A stretch of DNA of 64,000 nucleotides from an uncultured Gemmatimonadales bacterium (lineage in GTDB: Bacteria; Gemmatimonadota; Gemmatimonadetes; Longimicrobiales; Longimicrobiaceae), in NCBI GenBank assembly GCA_963716255.1, contig OY970303.1, positions 192,001 through 256,000 of the forward strand, given 5' to 3'. Made by a program: the position numbers and the translations under genes. Of this stretch, positions 52,814 through 62,297 are shown in pieces. Every line of letters begins with the position of its first letter. Positions within the stretch are counted from its first letter, which is position 1. Below the pieces are notes generated by a model, which searched no databases, was not told the origin of the DNA, and worked only from the letters and a program-made list of their open reading frames with translations.

Positions 52814-53128
52814 TCAGCTGCCGCCTGTCATATCGAACAGGTCCGACCGTAACTCGCGTTTTCCGTGGAGAACTCGCGCGACCTCGACCGTTTCCCCGGC
52901 AAATCGGAAATAGACGACGTGCGGCGGAACTGGAAAGCTGCGAAGTCCCGGTTCGATCTCGTTCCGACGCTGACCTATGGTACCGGGCGTTTCCGCGATC
53001 AGCCGGAGCTTGTGAAGGATCCGGGAGATCGTGCGGCGCGCCGCGGCTTTCCCGGCGTTCACACGATAATACGTGGCGATCTCCGCCAGGTCTTGTCGCG
53101 CCGCGACGGCGAGCACATACCGCCTCAG
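52814..53128 (-). CDS. parE: ParE/RelE toxin (probable CTG start)
   Basis: RRYVLAVAARQDL..GLRSFPV..VARVLHGKR. Confidence 0.85.
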   Translation of the reverse strand: MRRYVLAVAARQDLAEIATYYRVNAGKAAARRTISRILHKLRLIAETPGTIGQRRNEIEPGLRSFPVPPHVVYFRFAGETVEVARVLHGKRELRSDLFDMTGGS

Positions 53129-53385
53129 AGATCTTCGTCCCGCTCCAGAGACCTGAGGATCTCCGCGAATGCCTCTTCACCATCGACAGACTCCCCGCGA
53201 TCCAGCTGAGCGAGACCCAACCCGACCTCATACCGGAGTGCCGCCAGGCGGGCAGCCCGGTCCTCCTCCACGCGCTGCAGGAGCCGGACGCTCTCGCGGA
53301 CGACCTCGCTGGCCGAACGGTAGCTGCCGGCCTCGACCTTTTCGTTGATATAGCGCTCGAGCTCCGGCGTCAGCGAAACGTTCAT
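53125..53385 (-). CDS. parD: ParD-like RHH antitoxin
   Basis: MNVSLTPELE..GSYRSASEVVRE. Confidence 0.9.
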   Translation of the reverse strand: MNVSLTPELERYINEKVEAGSYRSASEVVRESVRLLQRVEEDRAARLAALRYEVGLGLAQLDRGESVDGEEAFAEILRSLERDEDL

Positions 53386-53471
53386 CGCTTCTCTCCTGTG
53401 CGTGACGGATTACCTTCCTACACTAATCCGGATAACAGGATTTGTCAAAGCCTGACATCTGGATACGCCAG

Positions 53472-55952
53472 CTACAGCAGCGACACCGGGTCGCGGTCCA
53501 CGGCGACGCGCAGGTCCAGCTTTCCCCTGGGCACGTCGAAGCGCTCGTAGAAGAAGCGCGACACCTCGCCCAGCATCTTCGCGCTCTCGGAGCGGAGGAG
53601 CAGGTGCCAGCGCCAGCGGCCCCGGATGCGGTCGATGGGGCACGGCGCGGGGCCCACGATGGCCACGGAGTCCAGCCGGCGCGAGCGGAGCAGCCCGTCC
53701 AGCCACCCGGCCGCGCGTACCGCCGCCTCCTGCGTCCCGGCCTCATCCAGGCCGCTGACCACGATGTTCACCAGGCGGCAGTGCGGCGGGTACTGCGGCT
53801 CGCGGCGCGCGTCCAGCTCGCGGGCGGCGAAGCCGACGAAGTCGTGGTCGGTGGCGGCGGTGATGGCGTAGTGGTCGGGGAGCGCCGTCTGCACGAACAC
53901 CTCGCCGCCCCGGGGACCGCGCCCGGCGCGCCCCGCCACCTGGGTGATGAGCTGGAAGGTGCGCTCGGTGGCGCGGAAGTCGGGGAGGTTGATCCCCACG
54001 TCCGCGCTGATCACCCCCACCAGCGTCACGTTGGGAAAGTCCAGCCCCTTGGCGATCATCTGCGTGCCCAGCAGGATGTCCACCTCGCCGCGCTCCACCC
54101 TGCCCAGGATCTCGTGGTGCGCCCACTTTCCGGAGGTGGTGTCCACGTCCATGCGGGCCACGCGCGCGCTGGGGAACGCCTCGCCCACGGCGCGCTCCAC
54201 CTGCTCGGTGCCCACGCCGCGGAAGCTGAGGTCCTCCGAGCCGCATGCGGAGCAGCGCGAGGGCGCCGCCTCCTCGTGCAGGCAGTAGTGGCAGGTGAGC
54301 CGCGCCCGCCGCCGGTGGTAGGTGAGCGACACGTTGCACTCCGGGCAGTGCCACACCTGGCCGCACTCGCGGCACTGCACGAAGGTGGCGTAGCCGCGGC
54401 GGTTGAGGAGCAGGATGGTCTGCTCGCCCACCCTGAGGCGCTCGCCCACGGCGGCGGCGAGCGCGTCGGCGATGATGACCGGGGCCTTTTCCTGGAGCGG
54501 GCCGCGGGAGGCGGCCTGCTTCTTCCGCTCCACGCGCAGGTCCACCACGCGGATGGGGGGCATGGGCCGTCCGCCCACCCGGTCCGGCAGCTCCAGCAGG
54601 CGGAACTTGCCGGACTTCGCCGCGGCCCAGCTTTCCAGCGACGGCGTCGCGGAACCCAGCACGCACACGGCGCCCTCCGTCTGCGCGCGGACCACGGCCA
54701 CCTCGCGGGCATGGTAGCGCGGCGCCTCGCCCTGCTTGTACGACCCCTCGTGCTCCTCGTCCACCACGATCGCGCCCAGGTCGTCCAGCGGCGCGAACAC
54801 GGCGGAGCGCGCCCCCACCACGATGCGCTTTTCCCCGGCGCGCAGCGAGCGCCACTCGTCGTAGCGCTCGCCGTCGGAAAGGGCGGAGTGCAGCACGGCC
54901 ACCCGGTCGCCGAACACCGCCTTGAAGCGCCCCACCGTCTGCGGGGTCAGCGCGATCTCGGGGACCAGGACGATCGCGGTGCGCCCCTGCCGCTCCACCA
55001 CCTCGCGGAGGAGCTCGATGTACACCAGCGTCTTGCCGGAGCCGGTGACGCCGCGGAGCAGAAAGGTGCCGGGGCTCGCGGTGCGCGACGCCGCCGTCAG
55101 CGCCTCGATGGCCGCGGCCTGCTGGTCGGTCGGCCGGAACGACGTCGCCTCCGGGGACACGATGCTCGCGTACGGGTCGCGGGAGAACTCCTCCTCCTCC
55201 ACCACGGCCAATTCCTTCTCCACCAGCGCGTTGACGACCGGGTACGAGAAGCCCAGCGGCCCGGCGAGCTGCGCGGTCTCGGCCTTGCCGCCCATGCTCT
55301 CCACCAGCTCGAAGCACTCGCGCTGCCGCTTCGCCCGCCCGAAGACCCGCTCGCGCTCGGTGATGCTGGGGATCTCGGCGACCAGGCGGAGCACGCGCCG
55401 GGTGCGCACCGCCGGCTCGGCGCGCGGCGCCTCGGTGACCACGCGCACCGCCCCCGCCTCCTCCAGCCGCCGGATGGTGGGCCACCACACCCGGTCGCCG
55501 CACTCGCGCCGCAGCCGCGACACCGCCTGCGGTCCCTCCCTGCCCCGCAGCCAGGCGAGCACCCTGGCGTCCAGCTCCCCCGTCGGCTCGTACGGCCGCT
55601 CTTCCGGCGACTCGACGAGCTCCACGTAGTCGGTGGACGAGTCGCAGAGCGCGGCCGGGAGCGCGGTGCGCAGCACCTGCCCCAGCGGCGCCACGTAGTA
55701 GTCGCCGATCCAGCGCCCCAGCTTCAGCAGGCTGGGCGGTACCGACGGGACGGCGTCGAGAACCCCGTTGATGGGGAGGATGCGCCCCGCGGGCGGGGTC
55801 CCGGCCACCCGGTCGATCCACCCGATGCGCTCCTTGCGCCCGAAGGGCACGAGCACGCGCGCCCCCGGCACCGCCGCCCCGCGCATCCCCTCGGGGACGG
55901 CGTAGGTGAAGGTGTGGAGGACGGGGAGCGGGAGGGCGACTTCTACGAACAC
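53472..55952 (-). CDS. priA: Primosomal protein N'
   Basis: GVTGSGKT, VPEIALTPQ, DEEH, LGSATP, Cys-rich region, QVAGRAGR. Confidence 0.96.
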   Translation of the reverse strand: MFVEVALPLPVLHTFTYAVPEGMRGAAVPGARVLVPFGRKERIGWIDRVAGTPPAGRILPINGVLDAVPSVPPSLLKLGRWIGDYYVAPLGQVLRTALPAALCDSSTDYVELVESPEERPYEPTGELDARVLAWLRGREGPQAVSRLRRECGDRVWWPTIRRLEEAGAVRVVTEAPRAEPAVRTRRVLRLVAEIPSITERERVFGRAKRQRECFELVESMGGKAETAQLAGPLGFSYPVVNALVEKELAVVEEEEFSRDPYASIVSPEATSFRPTDQQAAAIEALTAASRTASPGTFLLRGVTGSGKTLVYIELLREVVERQGRTAIVLVPEIALTPQTVGRFKAVFGDRVAVLHSALSDGERYDEWRSLRAGEKRIVVGARSAVFAPLDDLGAIVVDEEHEGSYKQGEAPRYHAREVAVVRAQTEGAVCVLGSATPSLESWAAAKSGKFRLLELPDRVGGRPMPPIRVVDLRVERKKQAASRGPLQEKAPVIIADALAAAVGERLRVGEQTILLLNRRGYATFVQCRECGQVWHCPECNVSLTYHRRRARLTCHYCLHEEAAPSRCSACGSEDLSFRGVGTEQVERAVGEAFPSARVARMDVDTTSGKWAHHEILGRVERGEVDILLGTQMIAKGLDFPNVTLVGVISADVGINLPDFRATERTFQLITQVAGRAGRGPRGGEVFVQTALPDHYAITAATDHDFVGFAARELDARREPQYPPHCRLVNIVVSGLDEAGTQEAAVRAAGWLDGLLRSRRLDSVAIVGPAPCPIDRIRGRWRWHLLLRSESAKMLGEVSRFFYERFDVPRGKLDLRVAVDRDPVSLL

Positions 55953-55978
55953 GTTTTAGAAGATGAACTTCGGGGTTC

Positions 55979-56106
55979 GGGCGTGCCCCCGGCTGCGCCG
56001 GGGTCGGGCTTCGGCTCCGTAAGGCAGCAAACAACGCTGCCTTACGGAGTCGAGCCCGCGCAAAAAGCCGCGCGGTCTCGACCCTTCGGGCCGTAATCCC
56101 TCACGC
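55979..56106 (+). repeat. Structured repeat family A, copy 10
   Basis: Direct match with unique P4 AGGCAGC/GCTGCCT. Confidence 0.9.
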
Positions 56107-56124
56107 GTGGGTGCGTCGGGTGGC

Positions 56125-57168
56125 TCAGGCTCCCTCGCGCCGGGTCACGCCCAGGCCGGGCGCGGCGTTGAAGCGGAGGCGGCCGTCGGGCTCCAGGCCG
56201 GGGCCGGAGAAGGGGTCGGCGGCGAGGAGGGCGGCGCCGTCCAGGTCCACGTAGTCCACAAGCGGGGCGAGCTGCACGGCGGCGGCGATGCCCAGGGTGG
56301 ATTCCACCATGCAGCCCAGCATGACGCGCATGTCGTGGGCGCGGGCGGCGTGCACGATGCGGACGGCCTCGCGCAGGCTGCCGCACTTGGCGAGCTTGAT
56401 GTTCACGCCGTCCACCACGCCCACCAGCCTGGCGACGTCGGCGGCGGTCTCGCACGACTCGTCGGCGATGACGGGGAGCGGGGAGCGCCGGCGCACCTCG
56501 CGCAGCCCCGCCAGGTCGTGCTTGGGGAGCGGCTGCTCCACGAACTCCACCCCGAACTCCGCCAGCATGGGCATGGCGGCGAGCGCCTGCCGGGCGGTCC
56601 AGCCGGTGTTGGCGTCCACGCGCAGCGTCTTATGGGGCGCCTCGTCGCGGATCATGCGCAGGATCTCCTCGTCGCGCGGCGAGCCCACCTTGATCTTGAG
56701 GATGGGGTACGACGCGGCCTCGCGGACCTTGTCCCGCATCACGTCCAACTCGTCGATGCCGATGGTGAAGGACGACAGCGGCGCGGCGGCGGGATCCAGC
56801 CCCCACAGCTTCCACACCGGCACCCCCAGCCGCTTCCCCACCAGGTCGTGCAGCGCGGCGGAGACCGCCGCCTTGGCGGCGGGGTTCCGCCCGATGGCGG
56901 CGGCGAGCGCCGCGTCGATGCGCTCCAGCGCGAACGGGTCGCCGTCGGCGGCGCACTCCAGCGCCGCGCCCAGGAGCGGGAGCACGGCCGTCACCGTGTC
57001 CGCGGTCTCGCCGTAGAACGGGGTCGCGGGGGCCTCGCCCCACCCCTCGAAGCCGTCGCCGTCGCGCAGGCGCACCCACACGTCGCGCCTTTCCGGCGGC
57101 GCCGCCTGCCGCGCGATGTGAAAGGCGTGGCGGGTGCGGAGGACGAGGACTTCGGCTTCCAGGCGCAT
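56125..57168 (-). CDS. Dipeptide (L-Ala-D/L-Glu) epimerase, enolase superfamily
   Basis: KIKVG, DAN, EQP, ADES, IKLAK, DLDG. Confidence 0.9.
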   Translation of the reverse strand: MRLEAEVLVLRTRHAFHIARQAAPPERRDVWVRLRDGDGFEGWGEAPATPFYGETADTVTAVLPLLGAALECAADGDPFALERIDAALAAAIGRNPAAKAAVSAALHDLVGKRLGVPVWKLWGLDPAAAPLSSFTIGIDELDVMRDKVREAASYPILKIKVGSPRDEEILRMIRDEAPHKTLRVDANTGWTARQALAAMPMLAEFGVEFVEQPLPKHDLAGLREVRRRSPLPVIADESCETAADVARLVGVVDGVNIKLAKCGSLREAVRIVHAARAHDMRVMLGCMVESTLGIAAAVQLAPLVDYVDLDGAALLAADPFSGPGLEPDGRLRFNAAPGLGVTRREGA

Positions 57169-57248
57169 GGGCGGTCAGCTCGCGGTGGACGGGACGATCC
57201 GGGCGCCCAAAGATGGCGGGGGTGTCAAGGGGAGGGCGGCGCCCGGGG

Positions 57249-58697
57249 CTACCGGGCGCGCGACCTCCGCGGCGAGCAGCCGACCGAGGCGGGGGGTGCC
57301 TCGCCGCGGCCGCCGTGCCAGCTGCGGCACTCGGGGAGGCTGTCCGCGGGGAGCAGGTCGACGTTCAGGTAGTCGGGGACGCGGTACGCCACCCGCTGCC
57401 CGGGCCGGTACCGCTTCCACGTGGCGGAGTCCACCCGGATCTGGACCCGCTCGCCAGCCCCGTTCACCACCGTGACCAAGATCCATTCCTTGCGGTCGTA
57501 GAGCCGGTAGCGGGTGCTGTCCCGGGGCGGGAGCGCGGGCCAGGCGGGCACCGCCGTCCGGCTGGTGGACACGACCGAGTCGGAGATGTGCCACCGCGGC
57601 ACCCGGTAGACGTACCAGTCGGCGTACACCGGCCGGTCCTCGTACACCGGCACCCGGTCGGTGACGGTCTCGTAGGAGGTCACCTCGCGCTCGCGCGCCC
57701 GGCGCTCGGTGCGGGTGGCGGTGCGGCTCTCGTACACGGGCCGGCTGCAGGTGACGTCCTCGAAGTACCCGTTCCCCAGGTCCCGCTGTCCGCAGGTGTA
57801 CGAGGCGCTCCCCGTCTGCACCCTCTCGGTGACCGGCGCCTCCACCTCGTCGTACCCGTCCTGCACCGTCGTCGTGGTGGGCACGCTGCGGGTGGACTCG
57901 CGGTAGCCGGTCTGCACCCGCTCCGTGTGGTGCACCTGCTTTTCCTTGCGCACCACCACGGCGCTCTCGGGAAGCGTCCAGTACGCCTCCTCCACGGTGT
58001 CGTGGCGCTCCATCCAGAGCGACCGTCTCCACTCCTTGTCCACGACCACCGCCGGGTGGATGCGGATGGCCTCCCGGTACCGCGCCACCTGCACGATGCC
58101 GACCCACACCGCGAGCAGGATGAGCGGTAGCGTGACCGCGTAGTCGCGCTTCCGCGCGCGCGCCAGCCCCAGCGGCCACGTGGGGGGACGCGGCGGCGCG
58201 GCGCCCCGGTCGGGCGGGACCTCGGCGACCGGGAGCGCCGCGATGGCCGCCTCGAGCCCGATCGGAGCGGACACGGTATCCGCGGCATCCGCGGCGTCGG
58301 GCGGAGTGGACGCGGCTTCCGCGGCGGCCGCCGGGAGGTCGGCGGCATCGGCCGGGAAAGGGGGCGTGGCGGCCACGGGGGCGCGGGGCTCCCCGGACGG
58401 GCCGGGCGGTGCGGGCTCCGGGGGCGCGGGGGTGGCGCCCGCGCGCGGGGCGCCGCAGCCGCCGCACTCCGTGAGGGAGGCGCGGCTGGTGCCGCCGCAC
58501 CGGGCGCACGCCCAGTCCGCCCCGGCGCGCGCTTCCGCCAGGCGCTCGGGATCGGCCATCACGGGCGCGTCGTCGCCCAGGTAGAAGCGGGTGCCCTCGG
58601 GACGCGGCCTGCCGCAGCCGGGGCAGTCCACGTGCCGGCCGGGAACGCCGGTGGAGCCGCAGCTGGTGCAGTCCCAGCGGCCTTCGCGAATGGCCAT
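57249..58697 (-). CDS. Membrane protein with two N-terminal RanBP2-like Zn ribbons
   Basis: WDCTSC..CPGCG and WACARC..CGGCG; Pro/Ala linker; TM; DLGNGYFE motif. Confidence 0.75.
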   Translation of the reverse strand: MAIREGRWDCTSCGSTGVPGRHVDCPGCGRPRPEGTRFYLGDDAPVMADPERLAEARAGADWACARCGGTSRASLTECGGCGAPRAGATPAPPEPAPPGPSGEPRAPVAATPPFPADAADLPAAAAEAASTPPDAADAADTVSAPIGLEAAIAALPVAEVPPDRGAAPPRPPTWPLGLARARKRDYAVTLPLILLAVWVGIVQVARYREAIRIHPAVVVDKEWRRSLWMERHDTVEEAYWTLPESAVVVRKEKQVHHTERVQTGYRESTRSVPTTTTVQDGYDEVEAPVTERVQTGSASYTCGQRDLGNGYFEDVTCSRPVYESRTATRTERRAREREVTSYETVTDRVPVYEDRPVYADWYVYRVPRWHISDSVVSTSRTAVPAWPALPPRDSTRYRLYDRKEWILVTVVNGAGERVQIRVDSATWKRYRPGQRVAYRVPDYLNVDLLPADSLPECRSWHGGRGEAPPASVGCSPRRSRAR

Positions 58698-58726
58698 GGG
58701 CGGAGAGAAGGTGAAGGGTGGGAGGT

Positions 58727-58882
58727 GCAGTTTCCGCAGTATCCCCCAGAATCCGGTCGGGGGGAGACAGCCGGGCGGTTTCGGCTGGCTCACCCCGGCG
58801 GAGGGAAACCCGGGGGCGGTTTCCCGGGGTTCCCGGAGCCCGCGCAGGAGACGGACGGCTGTATCGTCCGGCTCCGGAGCGG
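58727..58882 (-). repeat. Structured repeat family D, copy 3 (subtype b)
   Basis: Reverse-complement match to 61741..61899. Confidence 0.85.
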
Positions 58883-58901
58883 TCCGTACCCGCAGGAGAC
58901 C

Positions 58902-59564
58902 CTAATCCTCGAACCGAACGTGCACGAAGTCGTAGGCGGGCCAGGGACCGGTGGCGTCCAGCGACAGGTCCGGGCTGGCGCGGTCCAGCTCCTCCACCTT
59001 TTCCAGGAAGGCCCGCGTCCCCACCCGGTCCACCAGGAACGCGGCGCTGAACGACCCCGGCTCGCCGCGCGGAAAGGGGAGCGCGGCGTGCGAGGCCCTG
59101 CGCAGCTCGGCGTACGCGTGCGTCGCCAGGTCCAGCGCCAGCGCCTCGGGAAAGTCCCTGGCGTCGGGGACCATGTGCAGCCGGAACTCCCACCGCCCCT
59201 CCACGAACCCCAGCGCGTCCACCAGCGCGTCGTGCTGCTCGCGGAGGAAGCGCACCACGTCGCGCTCCTCCTCGAAGCCGATGCCGAAGGGCGCGGGGAC
59301 CACCGTTTCGCGCTGGAGCATGGCGTCCAGGCGGCGGTGGTGCGCCAGCACGTCGTCGTGGGCCACGGCGTCCACCCGCAGCAGCGCGGGGTACACCAGC
59401 GCGGCCAGGTCGCGGTAGCGGACCACCTCGGCCTCGTAGCGCGCCGCGGTGGTCCCCTCCCAGAGCCCGCCGCGCCGCCGGTCGCCGTGGGCGACCCCCA
59501 GCAGCCGGAGCCCCCGGGCCTCCGGGTCGACCGGCGCGCGCGGGGCCGACCTCCGGTCCGCCAT
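58902..59564 (-). CDS. GvpL/GvpF-family protein
   Basis: HHRRL..TVVPAPFG, SAAFLVDR, TGPWPAYDF; TGATG coupling to the upstream gene. Confidence 0.8.
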   Translation of the reverse strand: MADRRSAPRAPVDPEARGLRLLGVAHGDRRRGGLWEGTTAARYEAEVVRYRDLAALVYPALLRVDAVAHDDVLAHHRRLDAMLQRETVVPAPFGIGFEEERDVVRFLREQHDALVDALGFVEGRWEFRLHMVPDARDFPEALALDLATHAYAELRRASHAALPFPRGEPGSFSAAFLVDRVGTRAFLEKVEELDRASPDLSLDATGPWPAYDFVHVRFED

Positions 59565-60787
59565 CAGGCCGCCGGCTGCCCCGCGAGAAGGGCGTACACC
59601 TCCCGCTGCGGGCGCGGGGTGGTCACCTCCGGCCCGTCGGGCCCCATGAACACGTCCACCTCGGTGCGGAAGCCCACGTCGCCGGGAAAGTACAGCCCGG
59701 GCTCCACCGAGAAGCCGACGCCGGGGATGAGGAGGCGGGTGTCGCGGGTCTCCAGGTTGTCGATGTTGGGGCCGGAGCCGTGCAGCTCCCGGTCGATGGA
59801 GTGGCCGGTGCGATGGATGCACTGCTCGGCGTACCCGCCCGCGGCGATGACGTCGTGCGCCGCCTGGTCCACCTCCCAGCCGAACACCTCGTCCCCGGCC
59901 TCCCAGCGCTCGCGCAGGAGCGCCACGGCGGCCTCGCGGGCGTCGCGCGCCACGGCGAAGATGGCCGCCAGCCGCTCGGGCACCTCCTCGCCCACGTAGC
60001 CCATCCAGGTCTGGTCGGCGTAGACGGCGTCGGCCGCGGCCTCCTTGCCCCACAGGTCGATGAGCACCAGGTCGCCGCGGCGGATCTCGGCGTGGTCGTC
60101 GGCGCTGGGTCCGTAGTGCGGGTTGGCGGCGTTGCCGTTCACCGCCACGATGCTGTCCGCGCCCACGACGAGCCCGCGGCGCGCCAGCTCGCCCTGGATC
60201 CACTCGCGCACCTGCCACTCGGTGACGCGCTCGTCCGCCCCGATCGCGGCGGCGATGCGGCGGAAGGCGGCGTGCGCCGTCTCCTGCACCGCCACGGCGC
60301 CGCGGCGGTGGGCGGCCTCGCCCCCGGGGCTCCAGCGCGCGTAGAAGGTGCTCACCAGGTCGGCGGAGGTGACGGGCTCGACGCCGGTGGCGCGGATCAT
60401 CTCCAGCACCCCGGCGGGGACGCGGTCCACGTAGGGCACGGCGTCGCCCGGGCTGTATTCCAGCGCCACCCGGCCCACCCCGCGAAGCAGCTCGCCCAGG
60501 CCGGCCTCCAGCTCGCGCCAGGTGCTGTACGGACGGTTCTCGCCGATCCACCCGCGCCAGGGCTGCTGCTCGATGCGGTGCGTCATGGCGATGGGCCTGC
60601 CCTCCGCCGGCACCAGCACGAAGTAGCGCCGGGTCATGGCGGGGAGCCCCAGCATGTCGGAGGCGACGGGGTTGTTCCCGCGGAAGTTGTACAGCAGCCA
60701 GCCGTCCAGCCCGCGCTCCCGCAGCTCCTGCTGCACGTGAGCCACGGTGTCGGCGGTGAGCGATACGGTCTCTTCTACGACGGCCAT
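59564..60787 (-). CDS. M24 (Xaa-Pro) peptidase
   Basis: ANPHY, IDLW, YADQT, HRTGHSI, SVEPGLY, RTE. Confidence 0.9.
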   Translation of the reverse strand: MAVVEETVSLTADTVAHVQQELRERGLDGWLLYNFRGNNPVASDMLGLPAMTRRYFVLVPAEGRPIAMTHRIEQQPWRGWIGENRPYSTWRELEAGLGELLRGVGRVALEYSPGDAVPYVDRVPAGVLEMIRATGVEPVTSADLVSTFYARWSPGGEAAHRRGAVAVQETAHAAFRRIAAAIGADERVTEWQVREWIQGELARRGLVVGADSIVAVNGNAANPHYGPSADDHAEIRRGDLVLIDLWGKEAAADAVYADQTWMGYVGEEVPERLAAIFAVARDAREAAVALLRERWEAGDEVFGWEVDQAAHDVIAAGGYAEQCIHRTGHSIDRELHGSGPNIDNLETRDTRLLIPGVGFSVEPGLYFPGDVGFRTEVDVFMGPDGPEVTTPRPQREVYALLAGQPAA

Positions 60788-60825
60788 CGGGCGGTTCCGG
60801 TTGTGGGTCGTGTGGGGGCGGGCGG

Positions 60826-61665
60826 CTACCCCTGGGGGGCGGCGGGCCCGGCGTCGGGAATCCAGCGGGTGCCCTTGATGAGCGACAGCCCCAGGGCGCG
60901 CTCGCGCGTGAGCAGGTTGTGGACCTCGCGCTCGCGGACCAGGGCGCCACGCACCCCGCTCCACCCCCAGCGCCCCAGCGCGCGCCGCAGGATGCGCACC
61001 TTCTCGCGCAGGGTGAACATCTCCGCGAAGTCGTGGAAGGGCGCGGCCGGACGAAAGGGCGAGGGCGCGTCGGACCAGTCCTCCACCACAAGGTCCACCA
61101 CGCCCGCGTCGCGCAGCAGCTGCTTCCACTCCACCAGGATCATGGGCCGGGCGCCCACGTGCCGCACCAGGATGTCGCGGCGCCGGGGGTCCACGTTTCC
61201 CGTCCAGATCAGCTGCACCAGCACCACGGAGCCCAGCGGCCGGGTCACCCGCACCAGCTCGCGCACGGCGGCGCCGGGGTCCACGGAGGCGGCCAGCCCG
61301 ATCTCGCCGATGGTGACGTCGAAGATGGCGTCGCGGTACGGCAGGTCGTCCAGCGAGCCCGCCTGGAAGTTGACTCGCCCCTCCGTGCCCTGCCCGCGCG
61401 AGCGCTCGTCCGCCTCGCGGATCAGGCTCTCGTCCGGGTCCACGCCGGTGGCGTCCACGCCGTAGGTGGAGCTGAGGAAGAGCGTGGAAACGCCCCGTCC
61501 GCACGCCACGTCCAGCACCTCCTTGCCCGGCTCCAGCTCCACCAGGCGGGCGATCTGGCGGTACAGGTCCTCCCCTCCGGGCGGAAACACCGGCGCGGGG
61601 CTCAGACGCACCAGGTCGAGCATGGAGGGGCCGCCCGGCGTGTCGGTGGCGCGGAAGAGGGGCAT
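60826..61665 (-). CDS. Class I SAM-dependent methyltransferase (start 61665 or 61623)
   Basis: VLDVACGRG, DLPYRDAIFD, RVTRPLG. Confidence 0.85.
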   Translation of the reverse strand: MPLFRATDTPGGPSMLDLVRLSPAPVFPPGGEDLYRQIARLVELEPGKEVLDVACGRGVSTLFLSSTYGVDATGVDPDESLIREADERSRGQGTEGRVNFQAGSLDDLPYRDAIFDVTIGEIGLAASVDPGAAVRELVRVTRPLGSVVLVQLIWTGNVDPRRRDILVRHVGARPMILVEWKQLLRDAGVVDLVVEDWSDAPSPFRPAAPFHDFAEMFTLREKVRILRRALGRWGWSGVRGALVREREVHNLLTRERALGLSLIKGTRWIPDAGPAAPQG

Positions 61666-61740
61666 GCGGGAAAGTATACCGGGAGCGATTTGGGCTCGCC
61701 AGTCGTTGTGCTCGGGGCGGGGCTGGAGGGTGGCTCGACG

Positions 61741-61899
61741 GGCCGCTCCGGAGCCGGACGATACTGCCGTCCGTCTCCTGCGCGGGCTACGGGAACCCCG
61801 CCAAACGGCCGGCGGGTTTCCCTCCGCCGGGGTGAGCCAGCCGAAACCGCCCGGCTGTCTCCCCCCGAACAGACTGTGGGGGGTACTGCGGGAACCGCA
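61741..61899 (+). repeat. Structured repeat family D, copy 4 (subtype b)
   Basis: Three hairpin arms; arms 2 and 3 in swapped order relative to copies 1-2. Confidence 0.85.
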
Positions 61900-62060
61900 A
61901 CGGCGGGCGCCCTCCCCCGCAAGCGGGAGAGGGGGAGAACGACGTCGCGGACGGTGGGCTGGCATCCGCGGGAGGCCCCCACCCGGCTCGCTCAGGCTCG
62001 CCACCCTCCCCCAATTCTGGGGGAGGGCTTCCTGTCGGTGCGGGGTCCTTGCCGTTCTGC

Positions 62061-62214
62061 GATCTGCGCCGGGAGGTCGGGGGAGGGTCCGCAGGCGGTG
62101 CGTTTGTTCGAAGCCAGCGTGATCTCGCCCTCGCTCCAGCGGTCGGCGAGTGCTCTGCGAGTCCCTTCGGGTGTCGCTCCGCCGGAGGAGCCTCCCCCGG
62201 CCGACCCCAAACAC
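62061..62214 (-). repeat. Repeat family C, copy 2
   Basis: Matches 12990..13145 and is followed by the same B element. Confidence 0.85.
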
Positions 62215-62297
62215 GGAGCCAACCGGAGCACACGTAGTTCAGCCCGCCTCAGACTCGAGAGCGAGTCGCGAGCCTCCGGCGAGCCGGGTGGGAGCCG

